DNA from: Acutalibacteraceae bacterium
GTDB lineage: Bacteria > Bacillota > Clostridia > Oscillospirales > Acutalibacteraceae
Assembly (NCBI GenBank): GCA_045603625.1
Contig: JAZUMM010000108.1
Coordinates: 1 to 29,017 of the forward strand
Reading direction: 5' to 3'
Length of the DNA: 29,017 nucleotides
This document shows positions 25,014 to 29,017 of the stretch, piece after piece. The translations under genes and the position numbers were made by a program. How positions within the stretch are numbered: the first letter of the stretch is position 1; each line of letters opens with the position of its first letter. Below the pieces are notes generated by a model. It ran no database searches. It was not told the origin of the DNA and was given only the letters and a program-made list of their open reading frames with translations.

Positions 25014-26396
25014 TTAATCAATGGCCTTGAATTCGTAGGTGTAGATTTTGCCTGCCATTTCATCGCGATAATCAAAGAAGTTTTCTGCCTGAGTCGGGAA
25101 AGCGATGTATGAAAGAACATCCTCATCACTATGAGCCTTTTCACCGATTTCTGCTTTAGCAGTTTCAAAAGCAGGTTCAAGTGTATCTGCGAATCTGCCT
25201 TCAATAGGAGCAACGTCGCCAAGAATCTGGCTTCTTACATCTTCGTTGATAGCGCCCGGAGCTTTACCGTATTCGCCCATAAGGTAAGATTTAACTTCTT
25301 TAGAAACGTTTTTGTATCTTTCGCCTGAAAGAACGTTGTTTGTGGCCTGAACACCAACCATCTGGCTCATTGGAGTAACGAGTGGCGGATAACCAAGGTC
25401 TTCACGTACACGAGGTGTTTCAAGAAGAACCTCATCAAATTTATCCATCTTACCTTGTGCGGTAAGCTGAGCAACAAGGTTAGAAAGCATACCGCCCGGA
25501 ACCTGATAATCAAGAGCTTTTGCATCTGTGCAAAGAACTGTCGGGTTAAGAAGACCGCTTTCAAGAGCCTTTGCTCTGATTGGCTTGAAGAAATCTGCAA
25601 TCTCGCGAAGAGCATTTGAGTTAAGACCTGTATCGTAGTCAAGCTCTGAAAGTGTGTAGTTAAGTGTTTCTGTTGCAGGTTGAGCAGTACCGCCTGACAT
25701 TGTTGAAATTGCAGTGTCTATAACGTCAACGCCTGCTTCAACTGCTTTAAGGCAAGTCATAAAGCCAAGACCTGTTGTGCAGTGAGTGTGAAGAACAATC
25801 GGAAGGTCAACAGCCTCTTTAAGTGAAGAAACAAGCTTGTGTGCTTCTGCAGGGCTGAGTATACCTGCCATATCTTTAATTGCAATTGTCTGGCAACCAA
25901 GACTCTGCATATTTTTAGCAAGTTCAACGTAAGATTCAAGAGTGTGAATAGGGCTGATTGTGTAGCAGATAGCACCTGAAGCAATCGCACCGTTTTTAAC
26001 AGTTTCGTCAACTGCAACTTCAATGTTTTTTACGTCGTTAAGTGCGTCAAATATTCTGATAATATCAATACCGTTTTCAATGCTCTTTTTAACAAACATA
26101 CGAACTACGTCATCAGGGTAGTGACGGTAGCCGAGAAGGTTTTGACCTCTGAGGAGCATCTGGAGCTTTGTGTTAGGGCAAGCCTTTTTGATTTTTCTGA
26201 GTCTTTCCCATGGGTCTTCGTTAAGGTAACGAAGGCAAGAGTCAAATGTTGCACCGCCCCAGCATTCAAGTGAATAGTAGCCGGCTTTGTCTAACTCTTT
26301 AAGGATTGGCTCAAACTCTCTGAATTTCATTCGTGTTGCAATAAGCGATTGGTTAGCGTCTCGCAACACTGTTTCGGTAAATTGAACCTTTTGCAT
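25014..26396 (-). CDS. oadA: Oxaloacetate decarboxylase alpha / pyruvate carboxyltransferase subunit, without a biotin domain
   Basis: ETVLRDANQSL, LECWGGATFD, MLLRGQNLLGY, IKDMAG, HTHCTTG, YQVPGGMLSN, LGYPPLVTPMSQ; RBS AAGGAG. Confidence 0.9.
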   Translation of the reverse strand: MQKVQFTETVLRDANQSLIATRMKFREFEPILKELDKAGYYSLECWGGATFDSCLRYLNEDPWERLRKIKKACPNTKLQMLLRGQNLLGYRHYPDDVVRMFVKKSIENGIDIIRIFDALNDVKNIEVAVDETVKNGAIASGAICYTISPIHTLESYVELAKNMQSLGCQTIAIKDMAGILSPAEAHKLVSSLKEAVDLPIVLHTHCTTGLGFMTCLKAVEAGVDVIDTAISTMSGGTAQPATETLNYTLSELDYDTGLNSNALREIADFFKPIRAKALESGLLNPTVLCTDAKALDYQVPGGMLSNLVAQLTAQGKMDKFDEVLLETPRVREDLGYPPLVTPMSQMVGVQATNNVLSGERYKNVSKEVKSYLMGEYGKAPGAINEDVRSQILGDVAPIEGRFADTLEPAFETAKAEIGEKAHSDEDVLSYIAFPTQAENFFDYRDEMAGKIYTYEFKAID

Positions 26397-26491
26397 AGTC
26401 TTTTCTCCTTCAAATATATTTAAAAATGTTATACAAGGATATATATAATGGTATGTACAGCAAAAAACTGTCTACCAATTTTCCCCAATAT

Positions 26492-26520
26492 ATCATACTA
26501 TAAACGAGTGATTTATTCAA
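26492..26520 (-). promoter_or_regulatory. Putative sigmaA promoter of the oad operon
   Basis: Minus strand TTGAAT (26520-26515), 17 bp, TATGAT (26497-26492). Confidence 0.55.
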
Positions 26521-26599
26521 GTGTTTAAATATATTTTGTTTAATTTTTAACATGATTATTATATAGTATATATATACTTAATACTTTTATCCTTCGTCA

Positions 26600-26628
26600 T
26601 TGACTTTTAGGTAATTAACAATTAAAAT
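26600..26628 (+). promoter_or_regulatory. Putative sigmaA promoter of the SGNH gene
   Basis: TTGACT (26600-26605), 17 bp, TAAAAT (26623-26628). Confidence 0.6.
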
Positions 26629-26656
26629 TGATTATATAAACCGAGGAGGTGCTTTT

Positions 26657-27838
26657 TTGGAAAATAAATGGGTACAAGTCTGGGGACAAGCTCATTCAGC
26701 TTTTTCTTATTTCTATTATCCCTCTTGTGAAAAAACATTCAGGTTAATAATTAAATCTGCAATATCAGGCGAAAGTGTACGTTTTGAGCTTTCTAATGAA
26801 TGTGCTAAAGAAGATGTCTATGTAGGGGCTTTGAGTGTTGCCAAATGTGATTCAAAGGGTAATTTTATTGGTGAATGCAAAACTGCCACAGTTAATACTC
26901 AAAAAGCATTTTGTTTGAAAATCGGAGAGGTTGTTTTAAGCGATGAAGTTCCTCTTCATATTGAAGAAGGGGAATACTTTTGTCTGAGTGCCTTTATAGA
27001 AAAAGGTTCACTCAGAAGCGGTAATCTCCTTAGCGATGTTACACTTTTGACTGTTAAGGGGAATGTAGTTGATGAGCCGAGAATAGAAAATCAACGCAGA
27101 AAGCGTGATAAGGTTCGAGAGGTTGCCTATTCAATACTGGGTATGTTCTTTCACAAACCAATTCCTCTTTTTCAATCTGTGCAGGTTCTGAATGGCACAG
27201 GAGCAACAAGCATTGTTGTTTATGGGGATTCTATAAGTCAGCAGGGCTATTGGGTGAATTCTTTTGCTGAAAGAATTTATCAGGCGTATCCGGGCAGGTA
27301 TACTGTTATTAATAAGTCGATTATGGGAACAAGGCTTTTGCTTGATTACAGTCCACGGTTTTTCTGTAAAGGGTTGTTTGGTAAAAGCGGACTTAATCGC
27401 CTTGAAAGAGATGTTTTAAATTATAAAGATGCTGAGTACGTAATTGTTGCTTTGGGTACAAATGACTTTTTGCAGCCGGGAACAATACAGGCACCTAAAA
27501 GCGAAGTTTCTGAGCCTGAAGAGTTTGTTTCAGGTATGCTTGATTTAACAAAAAAGCTTTCCGGAGCAGGCAAGAAGGTTATAATTTTTAATATACTTAA
27601 TTTTGGCGAAAGTATTGATTCCCGTCCTGAAAAAGAGGCGAGAGTCACTAAGGTAAATAAGCTTCTTTACGAAAACAAAGAGAGGTTTTATGCTTTTTAC
27701 GATCAAGCATCCTTGTGCGTAAATCCTCAAAAGCCTACGTGCTCCAGGTTAGATTATCTCGGTAAAGATAAGGTTCACCCTAACACTCTTGGTGGCAATG
27801 TGGTTGCCGGTGGTATAGATTTAAAATGGTTTGAATAA
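26657..27838 (+). CDS. SGNH/GDSL hydrolase (XynE-like acetylesterase architecture)
   Basis: Block I YGDSISQ, block II NKSIMGTRLL, block III LGTND, block V DKVHPN; TTG start 7 nt after GAGGAGG. Confidence 0.85.
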   Translation: MENKWVQVWGQAHSAFSYFYYPSCEKTFRLIIKSAISGESVRFELSNECAKEDVYVGALSVAKCDSKGNFIGECKTATVNTQKAFCLKIGEVVLSDEVPLHIEEGEYFCLSAFIEKGSLRSGNLLSDVTLLTVKGNVVDEPRIENQRRKRDKVREVAYSILGMFFHKPIPLFQSVQVLNGTGATSIVVYGDSISQQGYWVNSFAERIYQAYPGRYTVINKSIMGTRLLLDYSPRFFCKGLFGKSGLNRLERDVLNYKDAEYVIVALGTNDFLQPGTIQAPKSEVSEPEEFVSGMLDLTKKLSGAGKKVIIFNILNFGESIDSRPEKEARVTKVNKLLYENKERFYAFYDQASLCVNPQKPTCSRLDYLGKDKVHPNTLGGNVVAGGIDLKWFE

Positions 27839-27880
27839 TAAAACAGGTGCGAAGCATTTGGCTTTCGCACCTGTTTTATT
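27837..27880. terminator. Bidirectional terminator between the SGNH gene and sleB
   Basis: Perfect 17 bp inverted repeat aataaaacaggtgcgaa (27837-27853) / ttcgcacctgttttatt (27864-27880). Confidence 0.92.
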
Positions 27881-28601
27881 ATTTACAAAATACGTGTCGT
27901 CCGATAGTAGTAATAACAGGGCGTGTGCGAATCCATTTGTTTGATGTTTTTGCAGGATTGTAATAATATAGTGCACCTCCGGTAGGGTCCCATCCGTTTA
28001 TAGCATCCTGAGCAGCCTTTTTTGCAGTGCTGTCCGGGGATACACTCCAGTTACTGTCTGTTACCGCAGAAAATGCACCTTTCTGGTAAACAACTCCTGA
28101 AACAGTATCCGGAAAGGAAGCGGAGTCCACTCTGTTAAGAACAACTGCACCAACGGCTACCTGTCCTGTATAGCTTTCGCCTCTTGCTTCTGCAGCAATA
28201 ACCTTTGCAAGAAGATATACGTCTGAGGAACTATACCCGCCTGATGAAGAAGCGCCTGAGCCTAACCCCAAGTATAAAAGTGTTTTTTGTCCTGCAATAC
28301 CGTCTGCGGTAATACCTACAGATTTCTGAAAGTCTCTCACGGCTCGTTGAGTTTTAACACCGTAAATACCGTCAACCGTACCGTTAAAGAATCCGAGGGA
28401 TTTAAGCTTTGTCTGAATTCGTCTTACTTCATCACCTTGTGAACCGAGACGTGAAAGAACTTCACTTGATTCCTTGTTAGTTACATATATTCTGTTAGCA
28501 ACACCCATACTTATTATAATAATAAAGCATAAAATAAGGCAGAGTGATTTACCGATGTGAGTGTTTAATATGTTTTGTATGCTGTAATGCTTTTGTTTCA
28601 T
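27879..28601 (-). CDS. sleB: Spore cortex-lytic enzyme (signal peptide + PG-binding domain + Hydrolase_2)
   Basis: [14 protein letters not shown]...DGIYGVKT...[14 protein letters not shown]; [48 protein letters not shown]; ATG at 28601 is 6 nt after GAGGTG. Confidence 0.92.
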   Translation of the reverse strand: MKQKHYSIQNILNTHIGKSLCLILCFIIIISMGVANRIYVTNKESSEVLSRLGSQGDEVRRIQTKLKSLGFFNGTVDGIYGVKTQRAVRDFQKSVGITADGIAGQKTLLYLGLGSGASSSGGYSSSDVYLLAKVIAAEARGESYTGQVAVGAVVLNRVDSASFPDTVSGVVYQKGAFSAVTDSNWSVSPDSTAKKAAQDAINGWDPTGGALYYYNPAKTSNKWIRTRPVITTIGRHVFCK

Positions 28602-28630
28602 TCTGGTCACCTCAATACATTATTTGTAAT

Positions 28631-28659
28631 TAGAATTTACAACAATGTGAGTTTTATAC
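28631..28659 (-). promoter_or_regulatory. Possible forespore (sigmaG/sigmaF-type) promoter of sleB
   Basis: Minus strand GTATA (28659-28655), 17 bp, AATTCTA (28637-28631); short degenerate motif in AT-rich DNA. Confidence 0.35.
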
Positions 28660-28740
28660 ATTCTTTCTACATTTTTTTAAAAGAGAATTGTGGTTAAAAA
28701 AATAAAAAAACACAACATATTGTGAGTGAAAAAATAATTT

Positions 28741-28800
28741 AAAAAAGTGCAAAAATATTTGCAAAAAAGTGTTGACTTTTTCAGTTCAATTTAGTATAAT
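28741..28800 (+). promoter_or_regulatory. Strong sigmaA promoter P1 with upstream A-tracts (UP element-like)
   Basis: TTGACT (28772-28777), 17 bp, TATAAT (28795-28800); A-tracts at 28741, 28751 and 28763. Confidence 0.82.
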
Positions 28801-29017
28801 TCAAAACCGTCGACGTCAAAAGACGACGGCGCGAACTTTGAAAATGTCTTTAATAACTGATTTGCAACTCCATTTTGTAGGGGTAGAAAACGAAACGCCC
28901 GGAACGGTGGAAGAAAGCGATAAAAAAGTTAAAAAAAGATGTTGACAATGGAAGATGATTATGATATTATCTTAAGGCACTCTTCGAGAGGGAAGCGAAC
29001 GGAGAGAGCGAAACGAA
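28801..29017 (+). other. Probable rRNA (or stable RNA) operon leader; the RNA gene itself lies outside the window
   Basis: Tandem near-consensus promoters 170 bp apart, GC-rich hairpin at 28807-28829, boxA-like GAACTTTGAAAAT at 28833-28845, no ORF. Confidence 0.6.
28942..28970 (+). promoter_or_regulatory. Strong sigmaA promoter P2 with extended -10
   Basis: TTGACA (28942-28947), 17 bp, TG-a-TATTAT (28962-28970); A-tracts upstream. Confidence 0.82.

Noticed and set aside
2142-27730. Short antisense or alternate-frame ORFs in the track (e.g. 3824-4312, 4694-5224, 9447-9794, 19045-19627, 23071-23448, 24088-24447)
   Set aside because: They overlap well-supported genes and show no recognisable motifs; they are shadow ORFs.
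28689-28697. DnaA-box-like TGTGGTTAA
   Set aside because: A single one-mismatch copy with no box cluster and no dnaA nearby.
1-29017. Mobile elements, prophage genes, tRNAs, riboswitches
   Set aside because: No transposase, integrase, terminal inverted repeats, cloverleaf or recognisable riboswitch consensus was found by eye; an Infernal scan would be needed to exclude ncRNAs.

Overview
29 kb from a low-GC, spore-forming Firmicute (Clostridia-like; inferred from sleB and the gene content). Left to right: a 5'-truncated rpsT and a complete rpsU (234-410, absent from the ORF track), whose codon usage differs from the rest of the window; yqeG, an Xaa-Pro peptidase and an orphan FGGY pentulose kinase; then an apparently single ~19 kb surface-glycan operon (3848-22805) between a perfect sigmaA promoter and a bidirectional terminator. 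The operon encodes a 4-amino-6-deoxyHexNAc (bacillosamine-type) aminotransferase, phosphoglycosyltransferase and acetyltransferase, an O-antigen ligase/Wzy_C-like membrane protein, about 8 glycosyltransferase candidates (including a GT-D fold), two acyltransferase-3 proteins, a DUF1796 protein, a Wzx flippase and WecB. The best novelty candidate is a three-gene cassette at 18433-21688: a Maf/CstII-fold transferase, a KdsB-type cytidylyltransferase with altered Kdo-pocket motifs, and an HOA-like DRE-TIM aldolase fused to a second CstII-like domain. No kdsA, kdsD or neuB is present, which suggests a pyruvate-aldolase route to an unidentified CMP-3-deoxy-ulosonic acid in a monoderm. The right end holds a four-gene Na+-pumping decarboxylase operon (its OadG has a duplicated C-terminal domain), an SGNH hydrolase, sleB and tandem strong promoters typical of an rRNA operon leader. 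No mobile element, CRISPR array or tRNA was seen. All family assignments come from motif recognition; no database searches were run.
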